The position numbers and the translations under genes are program-made. Below the pieces are notes generated by a model. It had not been told where the DNA came from and made no database searches. It saw only the letters and a list, made by a program, of their open reading frames with translations. A DNA stretch of 64,000 nucleotides from Spirochaetales bacterium (GTDB lineage: Bacteria > Spirochaetota > Spirochaetia > SZUA-6 > JAFGRV01), in contig JAFGKU010000048.1 of the NCBI GenBank assembly GCA_016928415.1, positions 2,083 to 66,082 of the forward strand. The letters run 5' to 3'. Of the stretch, positions 37,501 to 46,350 are shown one piece after another; positions within the stretch are counted from its first letter, which is position 1, and each line of letters starts with the position of its first letter.

Positions 37501-38296
37501 TCACATTTTCCCCGTTTAAAATTTTATACAGCATTTCAACGGCAAGCACTCCCTGCTTTTTAATGGGCTGCTTGACGGTTGTGAGGGGTGTAAGCGTGAA
37601 TTTTACCTCGTCAACATCATCAAAACCGGTAAGGTAGATATCCTCGGGAATGCGAATATTCCTGGAGTTGAGATACCTGATTGCCCCAATCGCCATATCG
37701 TCATTGGCACAGACGATGGCCTCCGGTTTCAATTTTCTCTTTTCAAAAAGTTCAAAAGCCGCCAGCTCACCGGATTCGGGGATGAAATTCCCTTGCGCCA
37801 CCAGCTCCGGATTAAAGGGTATGCCATGTTCATTCAGGGCCTTAAGGTATCCTGCATACCGGTCTTCCGCTTCATTGTTCACTTCCGGGCCGCGGATGAA
37901 TGCTATTTTATGGAGTTTATGGACAGTTATCAGGTGGGAAACGGCGTCCCTCATTCCGTCCTCGTTATTCATAACGATAGCCGGAATATCTCTTATCTTC
38001 ATACCTACAGTCACCATGGGAATGGATTTTAAATTATCCAGAATGCTGCACAATTCCTCAAGCGTGGAATCAACCAAGAAAGGGCCGGTGGCCATGATCA
38101 ATCCGTCGAATTTTCGTTTGTTGTTTATCTTGACCGGTACCTGCTTGTTGTAATAAAAATGTATATCCGTGTATGTACAGAGATTAACATCCAGTTCCCT
38201 GGCTTTCAGGATTATCCCCTGCCACAATAACTCGACATATTTACCCGTTATGTCGAAAATAGGAAAACCGATTAAAGGTCTCTTTTGTATAGCCAT
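34586..38296 (-). CDS. Cytoplasmic hybrid sensor: LacI-type sugar-binding fold, histidine kinase, REC and HD-GYP phosphodiesterase
   Basis: KIAFIRGP..EAEDRYAGY, AIVCANDDMAIG, GFDD, PLTTVKQP and RNSCGC (no HTH); SHELRTPL, NAYKFT and GTGIGL; DVMMP; HDVGKIG and HQERWDGKGYP. Confidence 0.92.
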   Translation of the reverse strand: MAIQKRPLIGFPIFDITGKYVELLWQGIILKARELDVNLCTYTDIHFYYNKQVPVKINNKRKFDGLIMATGPFLVDSTLEELCSILDNLKSIPMVTVGMKIRDIPAIVMNNEDGMRDAVSHLITVHKLHKIAFIRGPEVNNEAEDRYAGYLKALNEHGIPFNPELVAQGNFIPESGELAAFELFEKRKLKPEAIVCANDDMAIGAIRYLNSRNIRIPEDIYLTGFDDVDEVKFTLTPLTTVKQPIKKQGVLAVEMLYKILNGENVKDITLPSQLVVRNSCGCLSHSVNFLQNISSVRSERKPPVTDVSFSDIKNNIVTDILDTMQIDVAAHAVVEKQLHKMVDNFFAVDTKGSGRNRFIYELNKALVHDIRLKRDISFWNNILTCFRNHVLSMDYEVEEKIFLESLFHQARVLTGELMRLEQAYSRLDLTNNVVSLVSIIQNLITEKDISGLARSLVESLPLLGINRGYLALFDEPVIFREDHFYDLPEKCRLVTAFDQNGQKAIEGDGLFSSDAMLPEYCLGDNDRFNLVIRQVVYRNELFGLVLYEYGPSQSVIYQTLTIQIGSIIKNLHLLAAQKKAEEDLKKMNEELVAANEKLTDLDRLKSNFFANISHELRTPLTLLLGPLESIRSGEFGDVLDSNSEIFVSMYNNSSRLLSLINDLLDFSKIESGKMEMKKKRVNIDRLLKFYFSTIKSSFGARKISVEYKSECDGLIVLIDRGLIEKAFFNIISNAYKFTPDSGNIVISLKKNGDWFSISISDSGIGIPADKLETVFDRFTQLDGLEKRKYEGTGIGLAFAREIIEMHDGSIDVESTEGKGSVFTIKLPIGSTENIDAMDWETDHEEDINQYLVADIGRVEELPVKADARPGEKHMTVLVVDDNPDICRFLDSLLSRDYNVISAGNGREGLDLAVRERPDLIISDVMMPEMDGYELTRAIKSDERLKGIPVILLTAKAGTEMKVEGLESGADDYLSKPFNAKELRVRIKNSLEMKKLRDHLSLQKDILAEKKEVLEQLVKEQTKEIEREKNIAVKLRNQAEDQLEDFLLALASAIESKDKYTGYHVDRVAGYSRDIAQRLKLDPVLIREIYLGAIVHDVGKIGVRDSVLNNPGKLSAPEYEEMKRHPEIGKKLLERIHNIEAIVQIAYCHQERWDGKGYPRSLKGEEIPLAGRIVTIADYWDAITTDRPYRKAIPFKKALKIMEEERGGAFDPDIYDIFMNDADKFYMRYLSKDYLML

Positions 38297-38629
38297 GTAT
38301 ATCCGATAATTATAGCTTAATTAAACAGGCTTTAATTTTCAAATAAAAATACTTTTATCACAGAGTACACCCTTGATCCTGCCTGAAAGACGGATTGTAT
38401 CCGGGACAGGACACTCCCATTGACCGATGGGTATCTACGGCAGTCAGAAGATACGGTTTTTAGGCTTGATGTAATTTACATTATCATGTAATTTTAAAGA
38501 ACGTTGTTTGCCTTAAACAATTTACGGGTTCTCCCGGGCCCCGGCCGACGAGCCGGGGTTCCGGTTCCCCGTAACGGGGAACAGCCTGTCTCCCTTGCCA
38601 CTTATTAAAAATGCAGGCATAATTGATCC

Positions 38630-39892
38630 ATGGAAGATGATTTAAAGACTTCAATGCAGGATATCGGTAAAAAAGCCCGACAGGCCGCGCTGGAACTGGC
38701 TGTCTCCTCCGGAGAAAACCGGAGCAGGGCTATTACCCTGATGAAAGAAAAACTTGCCTCGATAAAAGACGTGTTGTTTAAAGCCAACCGGGAAGACTTA
38801 AAGGAGGCGGAAGCGGACGGTCTTGAAGGTCCGATGCTGAAACGCCTTACCATCAATGAAAAGGTATTCAACTACGTTCTTTCCCGGCTCACTGCTTTGG
38901 CCACCCTGGATGATCCCCTGGGGAGGGTCCTGGAAGGATTTACAAGACCGGACGGGCTGCACGTGGAGAGGATCAGCGTGCCTATCGGTGTTATCGCCGT
39001 CATATACGAATCACGGCCCAATGTCACTCCGGACGCCGCCTCCGTGTGCATCAAGAGCGGGAACGCCGTCATCCTGAGGGGCGGGTCCGAATCCTTGCGG
39101 ACCAATATCGTGCTGGCCGATGCTTTACGAGAAGCGGTAACGGAAGCGGGCCTTCCTGCCAATGCCGTACAAATGGTGCGGACAAATGACCGTGAAGCGG
39201 TCACTCACCTGTTGAAGATGGACCAATTCATCGATGTCATCATCCCCAGGGGCGGTAAAGGATTGATCCGGAAAATCGCAGGGGGAACGAACATCCCGGT
39301 CATCAAGCATTACGAGGGAATCTGTCATCTCTACCTGGCGGAAGACGCCCCGATGGATTGGGCCCTTGATTTGTCCGTCAATTCAAAATGCCAGTCCATC
39401 GAAGTGTGCAATGCCCTGGAAACCCTTTTAGTCGATGCCGGGGCGGCGGACCGGCTGCTTCCCGAATTATCAAAACGATTCAGGGACAAGGGAGTTGAAT
39501 TGAGAGGATGCGCGGAAACTTTGAAAATACTGATGGATGCCGTCCCGGCTACTGAAGAGGATTGGCGCACCGAATATCTTGCCCCCATCCTTTCCGTTAA
39601 AGTGGTGAACGGGCTTGCGGAAGCGGTCAGGCACATCAATACATACGGCTCAGGCCACACGGACGGGATCGTGACAAAAAGCCTGGATAAAGCCAGGCGC
39701 TTCGTGGAGGGTGTGGACTCAGCCTCGGTCATGGTAAACGCCTCCACACGCCTCTCCGGAGGAGGTGACTACGGCCTGGGTGCCGTGGTCGGCATCAGCA
39801 CGGATAAAATCCACGCCAGGGGACCTGTCGGCCCCATGAACCTCACATCCTACAAGTGGGTGGCCTACGGACAGGGACACCTGAGGGAATAG
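38630..39892 (+). CDS. proA: Gamma-glutamyl phosphate reductase
   Basis: PIGVIAVIYESRPNVT, KSGNAVILRGGSE, CNALETLLV, HINTYGSGHTDGI and GISTDKIHARGP. Confidence 0.96.
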   Translation: MEDDLKTSMQDIGKKARQAALELAVSSGENRSRAITLMKEKLASIKDVLFKANREDLKEAEADGLEGPMLKRLTINEKVFNYVLSRLTALATLDDPLGRVLEGFTRPDGLHVERISVPIGVIAVIYESRPNVTPDAASVCIKSGNAVILRGGSESLRTNIVLADALREAVTEAGLPANAVQMVRTNDREAVTHLLKMDQFIDVIIPRGGKGLIRKIAGGTNIPVIKHYEGICHLYLAEDAPMDWALDLSVNSKCQSIEVCNALETLLVDAGAADRLLPELSKRFRDKGVELRGCAETLKILMDAVPATEEDWRTEYLAPILSVKVVNGLAEAVRHINTYGSGHTDGIVTKSLDKARRFVEGVDSASVMVNASTRLSGGGDYGLGAVVGISTDKIHARGPVGPMNLTSYKWVAYGQGHLRE

Positions 39893-39933
39893 GCCTTCCC
39901 GGCCAGACAATCATTTCAAGGAGGATTGACAAA

Positions 39934-41034
39934 GTGGTTATTGGTATTCCTAAAGAAATAAAAACAGCGGAAAACAGGGTCGGGTTGACGCCGGCCGGCG
40001 TCCATGAATTCGTAAAATCAGGGCACACGGTTCTTGTTGAAAAAAAAGCCGGGGAAGGAAGCGGTTTTTCAGACACCGAATTCAAAAACGAAGGGGCAAA
40101 AATTCTGAAGACGCCCGAGGAGATTTTCAATGCTTCGGAAATGATTATCAAGGTCAAGGAGCCATTGGAACGGGAAATTCCCCTGTTGAAGGAAGGGCAG
40201 ATACTTTACACTTATCTTCACTTAGCGGCATCAAAGGACCTGACAGTCAAACTCCTGGAGCGTAAAATAATAGGTATCGCGTACGAAACGATCGAGGTGA
40301 AGGGTAAGCTCGTATGTCTTGAACCCATGAGCGAGGTGGCGGGTAAAATCGCGACCATCATGGGGGCCTATTACCTGGCCAAACCTTACGGGGGGAAAGG
40401 TATCCTGGCAGGCGGTGTTGCCGGCGTCCATAGCGCCAATTACATCATATTAGGCGGCGGCACGACAGGCATAAACGCGGCCAAGGTGGCCGCCGGCCTC
40501 GGCGCGCGGGTCGTGGTGATGGACATCGACCTGGAGCGGATGCGGTACCTCGAGGATGTGCTTCCCAAAAACTGCGAAACGATCATGTCCAACAGGATAA
40601 ACATAGAAAAGGAGTTGCCCGATGCCGACGTGGTCATCGGCGCCGTCCTGATACCCGGCGGCAGGACACCGTGTCTCATTACCAGGAAAATGCTTTCCAT
40701 AATGAAACCGGGGTCGGTCATTGTCGACATTGCCATAGACCAGGGCGGCTGTGCGGAAACATCGCATCCCACGACACACGAAGAACCGGTCTACGCCGTG
40801 GACGGCATTGTGCATTACTGCGTGGCCAACATGCCGGGTGCGTACCCGCGGTCATCGACCTTTGCCCTGACCAATGCCACCCTCCCCTTTGGACTCAAGA
40901 TTGCCGCCCTGGGCTGGAAAAAAGCGGCAAGCGAATCCGCCGCAATCACCAAAGGAGTGAATTTATCGGGTGGAAAGCTTACCTGTGAACCGGTGGCAAT
41001 GGCGCACGGTTTAAAATACTCGAAAATAGAATAA
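39934..41034 (+). CDS. ald: Alanine dehydrogenase
   Basis: GTG start after AGGAGG; IGIPKEIK..ENRV, KVKEP, YLHLAA, PMSEVAG, DQGGC and HYCVANMPGA. Confidence 0.95.
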   Translation: MVIGIPKEIKTAENRVGLTPAGVHEFVKSGHTVLVEKKAGEGSGFSDTEFKNEGAKILKTPEEIFNASEMIIKVKEPLEREIPLLKEGQILYTYLHLAASKDLTVKLLERKIIGIAYETIEVKGKLVCLEPMSEVAGKIATIMGAYYLAKPYGGKGILAGGVAGVHSANYIILGGGTTGINAAKVAAGLGARVVVMDIDLERMRYLEDVLPKNCETIMSNRINIEKELPDADVVIGAVLIPGGRTPCLITRKMLSIMKPGSVIVDIAIDQGGCAETSHPTTHEEPVYAVDGIVHYCVANMPGAYPRSSTFALTNATLPFGLKIAALGWKKAASESAAITKGVNLSGGKLTCEPVAMAHGLKYSKIE

Positions 41035-41082
41035 AAGGGACCTCTAAAACCCCGGTTTGGGTAAGGTTTTTAGAGGTGCCTT
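41035..41082. repeat. Short inverted-repeat element (MITE/REP-like), possibly a bidirectional terminator
   Basis: AAGGGACCTCTAAAAC...GTTTTTAGAGGTGCCTT between convergent genes; a 13-bp half-copy lies at 25037-25049. Confidence 0.6.
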
Positions 41083-41102
41083 AAAAATAAAAAAGACAGG
41101 AA

Positions 41103-41741
41103 TCAGAGTTCATTTTCTTTGGGAATATCCTTGAAATAAACGGTAGTAAAGAAAAATTCTTCGTACGTGCCGGTGGACTTTTCATAATAACAGGTGGTCA
41201 AGTCGAAAGAATAGCGTTCCGTCAAGTTATCCGCCATATCCGGGGGGAGCGCATTGATATCAATCCTGCCTTCAAGCTTCGTTCCGTTCGAGATAAAAAT
41301 CCCGGCGGACCTTGTCGCCTTCTCTCCATATTCCCAGAGAAGAATCTTTTTTTCGGTGTAATCGGTAAAGGGAATTTCCAGGGTGTAGGTATTTTCATTT
41401 CCCTTGTTCCTGTCCTTGTACAGGTAAAAATAAAAAATTAATCCCCGGGCCATCCGGTTCTGTGTTGATATGTAAAAACAGATGGAATCACCCTTGTATA
41501 CGGCCTTGAATTCCTTCAGGAGGGTACCGCCCCAGGCCCAATACTGCGCCTTGTCGATCGTCAAGGTGGTTATCACGCCGTTTTTTTCCTCATTGAAATA
41601 TACGGGGTTATAAGACGGGGAAAAGCTGGCCAGGTTAAATACCTTTTTCCATTCGGAATAATCATTATTAATGGTTATATCCAGTGGAAAAAGCTGAAAA
41701 AAACAAGCCAGGAAAACAGCACATATCAAAAACTTCTTCAT
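41103..41741 (-). CDS. Hypothetical secreted protein
   Basis: Open frame downstream of the PP2C gene; signal-like MKKFLICAVFLACFFQLFP; start uncertain. Confidence 0.7.
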   Translation of the reverse strand: MKKFLICAVFLACFFQLFPLDITINNDYSEWKKVFNLASFSPSYNPVYFNEEKNGVITTLTIDKAQYWAWGGTLLKEFKAVYKGDSICFYISTQNRMARGLIFYFYLYKDRNKGNENTYTLEIPFTDYTEKKILLWEYGEKATRSAGIFISNGTKLEGRIDINALPPDMADNLTERYSFDLTTCYYEKSTGTYEEFFFTTVYFKDIPKENEL

Positions 41742-41784
41742 AGTTCTTTTATCGGCAAAAAGCCCTCCTTTCTCAAGCATCAGG

Positions 41785-44700
41785 TTATTTCTTCCTGACA
41801 CCAAGAATTGTCAGGTCATCATACTGCTCGTCTTCCTTTAAATGTGAAAAGAAAACATATTCAGGATCCTCGGATGGGACCGCATTGGCAAAATAAAGTC
41901 CATACTGGACAAAATGCTTTCGAAGAAATTCATCGATCTTTTTATCCACCTTTATTTTATCCTCATTACCGGCCTTTGGATCCTTATAGATTCTGAACAT
42001 CCTCTCGACGGAAATGAGTCCCAGGATGATGTCCTTTATACCGGTTTCACAATCGGAAAAATCAAACGTGAATTCCTCGCCCGCGACCGGATTATGCTGC
42101 TTTACCAGGGTGAAAGAGGTTTTATTCTTGACGGCATCGACAATGGCGTAGACCTTTTCGAGCCCCATTTCCTCCGACTCTTCACCCTTCTTATGGGTCT
42201 TGTTATGGAATTCCCCTTCCTTCAGACCGGGTTCATCGCATTTAACGGGATTACAGTCGGCATCCCTCAACAGGCGCTTTGCCTCGTCAACACCGTCGCT
42301 GAACAGCAGCAGCATGTCGTCCGGATTCAATGTTAAATTTACCTGCTTGAAGCCGGTCTGCATTTCAACAAGCGAGGAAGGGAACACCCCGGCCGCGGGC
42401 GCCTCGGGCAGCTTGTGCTGGACAACCTTCTGCTCCCTGCCGGAATAAATATTGATCAGGCTGTCACCCGCATTGCAGAAGACGGTCATACCGGTTTTTA
42501 TGTTCATGATGCAGATGACCAGGGCGGCAAACCGGCCCTTGAATCCCCTGGCCTCAAGCATGTCATTTATTTTGTACACGAGCTTGTCTATTTTAAGGCC
42601 CGGATTTTTCAAGGTCCAACCACTGAAATAATCCGTAAAAATAGTGGCGACTTCAACCATGATAAGCGCCGCCGGGACCCCCTTTCCCGCCACGTCGCAT
42701 TTGATTATGGCATAATGCGAAGCATCGAGTTTGATGAAATCGAAATAGTCCCCGGAAACGCCCTTTGCACCCTCGTAATAACCGAAAATTTCGACGTTCT
42801 CGTTTTTTTCTTCACCCGTGGTGCGCTTTTTCCCGTCTGCATCCTTTTCAAGGGGGATGAACATCTTTTGAACCTCTTTACCGACGGTAAGGTCCTTGTT
42901 CGCAATGGCCGCCTTCACCAAACCGGATGTCATCTGGTTGATCGTATCCGCCAGCATCCTTATTTCATCCTTTTGCTTGATCGTTATATGATGGTCCTTT
43001 AATTGCGACTTGTCCTCGGTATCCCGTATTACGGCCACGCCCTTTGCCAGTTTTTTAATCGGGCCGATCGTGATTGACGCCAGGAGGATGGCTCCCAGGA
43101 TGCCCAGTCCAATGGCGATCAGGGCTATAAAACCTATTCTGTAAACCAGGTCCGTCTGTGACTGGTGTATCGTGTCCAGAATTCTCCTGGTTGAAACAAC
43201 CAGCCGGACCAGACCGCGGAAATAGATATCTTCCCCCGTTTTCCTGTAAACGATGGGTTTGAAAAAGATGTATTCATTTTCGAGCCTGTCCGCATCGTAA
43301 ACGGGATAGCTTCCTATTTCCGAGCCGATTTCATGAAGAGAACTCGTTATAAGCCTGTTTTTCTCATTCATTTCCTGTATTATTTCATTATACCTTTGCA
43401 CGGACCCGGCATCCGTCCGGGTGCTCAGCTGCGTGGCTTCTTCCGTCAGCTGTTTATGCTGTTCCACCAGGTCGGAAACCGAATCAATGCCTTTCCGGTT
43501 GACACGGTCGGCAATTTCAGGAAGCAGGTTCGTCACTTTATCCTTTAAGTCGGTCTCCCCTACCCTGTATTCTTCCTCCCCCGTCCTGTTTAATATTTCC
43601 CTGTCATTCGTCGCCCAGACATACTCTTCCTTCGTAGGCACATTGGTCCTGATGTTCTTGATTGCCGTAATGGTGGCGGATTTTGCGTCTTCCATGGCCT
43701 TTGCCTGGTCGGGAAGCACGCCCAGTTCAATTGTTTCGTTGATGGGCAGGTATTTTTCCGCCGCAAGGGAAAGGCTTCCCAAAAGCACATTCGCCTGCTT
43801 GTAAAGGCCGTCCGCCAGGTTGCGCTGCTGTGTTTGTATCATATAGTAGCTCAATGTCACGGATACCATAAGAACGATAAGTATCACTAATGTTATAATA
43901 AGGGAAGCGAATTTTATACGCAATCCCATCCCCTTCATTTTCAGCTGTGCCATTTTAATCTCCTTTACCTTTACAAGCGGTTCTTGACGGATAATCGACA
44001 GTGCCTCGATTCTCCAGTAATACCCTTCACGGGCAATGGCAAGAAGCTTCCTTCCCGCGGCCAGAATAAAAAGTCCTAAAAACAAAAGAACAAGCCATAA
44101 AATGAATTCCTGGATTGTAAACGAAACGTAGGGCCGGTTTCCGATCACCCATTTGAAATTCTCGGCCAAGTCGGCATCCGGCGGTAAAATTTTAACCGTC
44201 AGGAAGGGATCCAACCGGACACGCGGCCTGTCAAAATACAATCCCCGTTTATCGTGTAAAAGACCGACGCGGTACGTACCTTCATTAATATCCCGCAGCA
44301 CCAGATTATCAATAACCCTGTCACTTCTTATCCGGTATTGCCCGTCCGATTCCCTGAATACATAATCATACGGTTCAACCCCGTCCCGGTCCAGAATTAA
44401 AGTTGTTATGCGGCCTTCCGTCAGGAATCCCCTTCCCCCTATTGTCAAGGTAACGACACCCAGTTCATCCGTATACGGGTCTATGTACGAGATATACGTA
44501 ACGGGCCTGTACTTGTTCAATTTAAAAAACTCGGTCGACGGATTCCCGGGATTGCCGACGCTGTCCACGGCACGGACGGAAAAGGCATACACGCCGTTAT
44601 CCAGGTTATTATAGGATTTTCCCGATGACATGATCATGACGGAGGACGGGGGGGCCTTCAGGCTTTCGCCTGAAATCATGCTGGTGTCCATATTGAGATT

Positions 44701-46350
44701 GGAACTCACCTTCAACAGCCCGTAGGAATACCCGGATATACTGTCGTCAGGCGGCGGTGTCCATTGAATGGAGAAGGTGTTGGACACCACGAAACCGCGT
44801 TCGTCCAGTTTCAGCGGGCTTAACGACACTTTCCCGGGCGGAGTACCGTCCTTTATGTACCTTAACGATACCGGTTCGGATGTGTTCCCGGCGTAATCCG
44901 TGGATACGAGGTAAAAAGTGTACATCCCGTCCCTCGGCACCTCAAGTTCTATGCCGTTTCCCGTATGCACATCCTTCAATGCATTGGGGTTGAATTTCTC
45001 TTCCTGGTTGAAAACGTACTTGTACCCGCTTATGCCGGTGGAATCACCAGGCGTATTCCATTTGATCCTGATTTTTTCAAGGTTGGCCTTTCTGCCGTTC
45101 GTAAAATTAACGGCGGTCAAACTGGGAGCGGACACCGTCTGGTCCGGCTGAAGGACATAAAGGTTGTATTTTTCCGCGTTTTTGTTCTGCCAGAAGATAT
45201 AAAGGAACCCTTTGAGTTCAATACTCTCCGCAAACTGGGAACTGCCAGACACGTTCCGGGACAGGTCCTGGGCGGCCCAGTCTATGCCGGTTTTTTCCCC
45301 CATGATAATATGGTCCTCTCCCCTTCTGTTGTCAAACCAGATAAGGTACAGTGTCCCCCTGAAAACGACAACACGCGGATAATAACATGTCAGGTTCTGG
45401 GTGGTAACCCTCTCGTACTTCAGCCTCTCTCCCGCGTCCGACAATTCCATGTAATAAATTTGCGGATTCTCGGCCCTGTACTGGCGCTCCCAGACAACAA
45501 CAAGTTTATCGCCGAACGATTTGATAAACGGCCTCTGGTTAAAGTAGTCCCTGGCATCCCGGCGCTTGCCGCCTATCGTTTCCGGGAAGTCGCTTACCTG
45601 CCTTGAATCGGACCATGTACGGCCGCCGTCGCCGCTCGTTTTTACATAGAGCTGGAAGCCCGTTGTCTCTCCCTTGCGCCTGGACTGGAAGACGACATAT
45701 TCCCGTCCGCGGAACGAGGCATGGGACGGAAGGAAATTGAAACCGAGAACGTCGTCGGTTACAAACGGTCCGAACACCGTCTGCCCGGCGCTTCCGTCGA
45801 ACAATTCTTTGCCGAAAAGACAGTACCAGATGGACAGGGCATCCTCCTTGCCGTATGTGACAAAAAGAAGGGATTGATCCCGTGACACAGTAAAAAGCCT
45901 CGGAGAGACAACTACCACATCGGCCGTGATTGACGCTTCGGAAAAAGTCTCTCCCCCATCAAGGGACCGTAAAATTTTTATTTCCTTTTCCTTTACGGAA
46001 ACGGCTATTTTAATTTCCCCCGCTTCATTGACCGTCAGGGAAAAAATCTGTGTCTCCTTCTGGGCGAAAAAATACGGCCCCAAAAACCTGTTCTTTTTCT
46101 TCCAATGAACCGCGTCGCTGCTCGTCCAGAGAGTAAGGTATATGTTGCCGCTGTCCTTCCCCGTGTAATCGAATTCCTGCCAGACGGCGGCAATCAATTC
46201 CCCACCTGAAGCCACGGATGGAAAACGCACATTCGGTCCGGCCAGGGCCATCGGATTCTCCCAATAGATGTTTTGACCGTAAAGCGGGATGCCAAAGAGT
46301 ATAAAAAACAGGGAAAATCCGGCAATGAGTTTAAACTTTTTCATTTCCAT
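41785..46350 (-). CDS. Membrane sensor phosphatase: exported BNR/sialidase-like propeller, FN3, TM/HAMP and SpoIIE/PP2C domains
   Basis: Asp-boxes SLDGGETF and SGDGGRTW, FN3-like segments, TM helices and a HAMP region (PIKKLA..DEIRMLADTINQM). PP2C motifs VSGDYFD, DVAGKGVPAAL, FSDGVDEA and DDLTIL. Confidence 0.9.
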   Translation of the reverse strand: MEMKKFKLIAGFSLFFILFGIPLYGQNIYWENPMALAGPNVRFPSVASGGELIAAVWQEFDYTGKDSGNIYLTLWTSSDAVHWKKKNRFLGPYFFAQKETQIFSLTVNEAGEIKIAVSVKEKEIKILRSLDGGETFSEASITADVVVVSPRLFTVSRDQSLLFVTYGKEDALSIWYCLFGKELFDGSAGQTVFGPFVTDDVLGFNFLPSHASFRGREYVVFQSRRKGETTGFQLYVKTSGDGGRTWSDSRQVSDFPETIGGKRRDARDYFNQRPFIKSFGDKLVVVWERQYRAENPQIYYMELSDAGERLKYERVTTQNLTCYYPRVVVFRGTLYLIWFDNRRGEDHIIMGEKTGIDWAAQDLSRNVSGSSQFAESIELKGFLYIFWQNKNAEKYNLYVLQPDQTVSAPSLTAVNFTNGRKANLEKIRIKWNTPGDSTGISGYKYVFNQEEKFNPNALKDVHTGNGIELEVPRDGMYTFYLVSTDYAGNTSEPVSLRYIKDGTPPGKVSLSPLKLDERGFVVSNTFSIQWTPPPDDSISGYSYGLLKVSSNLNMDTSMISGESLKAPPSSVMIMSSGKSYNNLDNGVYAFSVRAVDSVGNPGNPSTEFFKLNKYRPVTYISYIDPYTDELGVVTLTIGGRGFLTEGRITTLILDRDGVEPYDYVFRESDGQYRIRSDRVIDNLVLRDINEGTYRVGLLHDKRGLYFDRPRVRLDPFLTVKILPPDADLAENFKWVIGNRPYVSFTIQEFILWLVLLFLGLFILAAGRKLLAIAREGYYWRIEALSIIRQEPLVKVKEIKMAQLKMKGMGLRIKFASLIITLVILIVLMVSVTLSYYMIQTQQRNLADGLYKQANVLLGSLSLAAEKYLPINETIELGVLPDQAKAMEDAKSATITAIKNIRTNVPTKEEYVWATNDREILNRTGEEEYRVGETDLKDKVTNLLPEIADRVNRKGIDSVSDLVEQHKQLTEEATQLSTRTDAGSVQRYNEIIQEMNEKNRLITSSLHEIGSEIGSYPVYDADRLENEYIFFKPIVYRKTGEDIYFRGLVRLVVSTRRILDTIHQSQTDLVYRIGFIALIAIGLGILGAILLASITIGPIKKLAKGVAVIRDTEDKSQLKDHHITIKQKDEIRMLADTINQMTSGLVKAAIANKDLTVGKEVQKMFIPLEKDADGKKRTTGEEKNENVEIFGYYEGAKGVSGDYFDFIKLDASHYAIIKCDVAGKGVPAALIMVEVATIFTDYFSGWTLKNPGLKIDKLVYKINDMLEARGFKGRFAALVICIMNIKTGMTVFCNAGDSLINIYSGREQKVVQHKLPEAPAAGVFPSSLVEMQTGFKQVNLTLNPDDMLLLFSDGVDEAKRLLRDADCNPVKCDEPGLKEGEFHNKTHKKGEESEEMGLEKVYAIVDAVKNKTSFTLVKQHNPVAGEEFTFDFSDCETGIKDIILGLISVERMFRIYKDPKAGNEDKIKVDKKIDEFLRKHFVQYGLYFANAVPSEDPEYVFFSHLKEDEQYDDLTILGVRKK

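Noticed and set aside
38539-38582. Guanidine-II (mini-ykkC) riboswitch
   Set aside because: Only the first loop contains ACGA and it lacks the G-C closing pair, the second loop is TAA, and the downstream gene is not guanidine-related.
39856-39933. N-terminal extension of alanine dehydrogenase in the ORF track (similar extensions at 31207, 56493, 61575 and 63013)
   Set aside because: Most overlap upstream genes or promoter DNA, and downstream starts with an RBS or coupling and family-typical N-termini exist.
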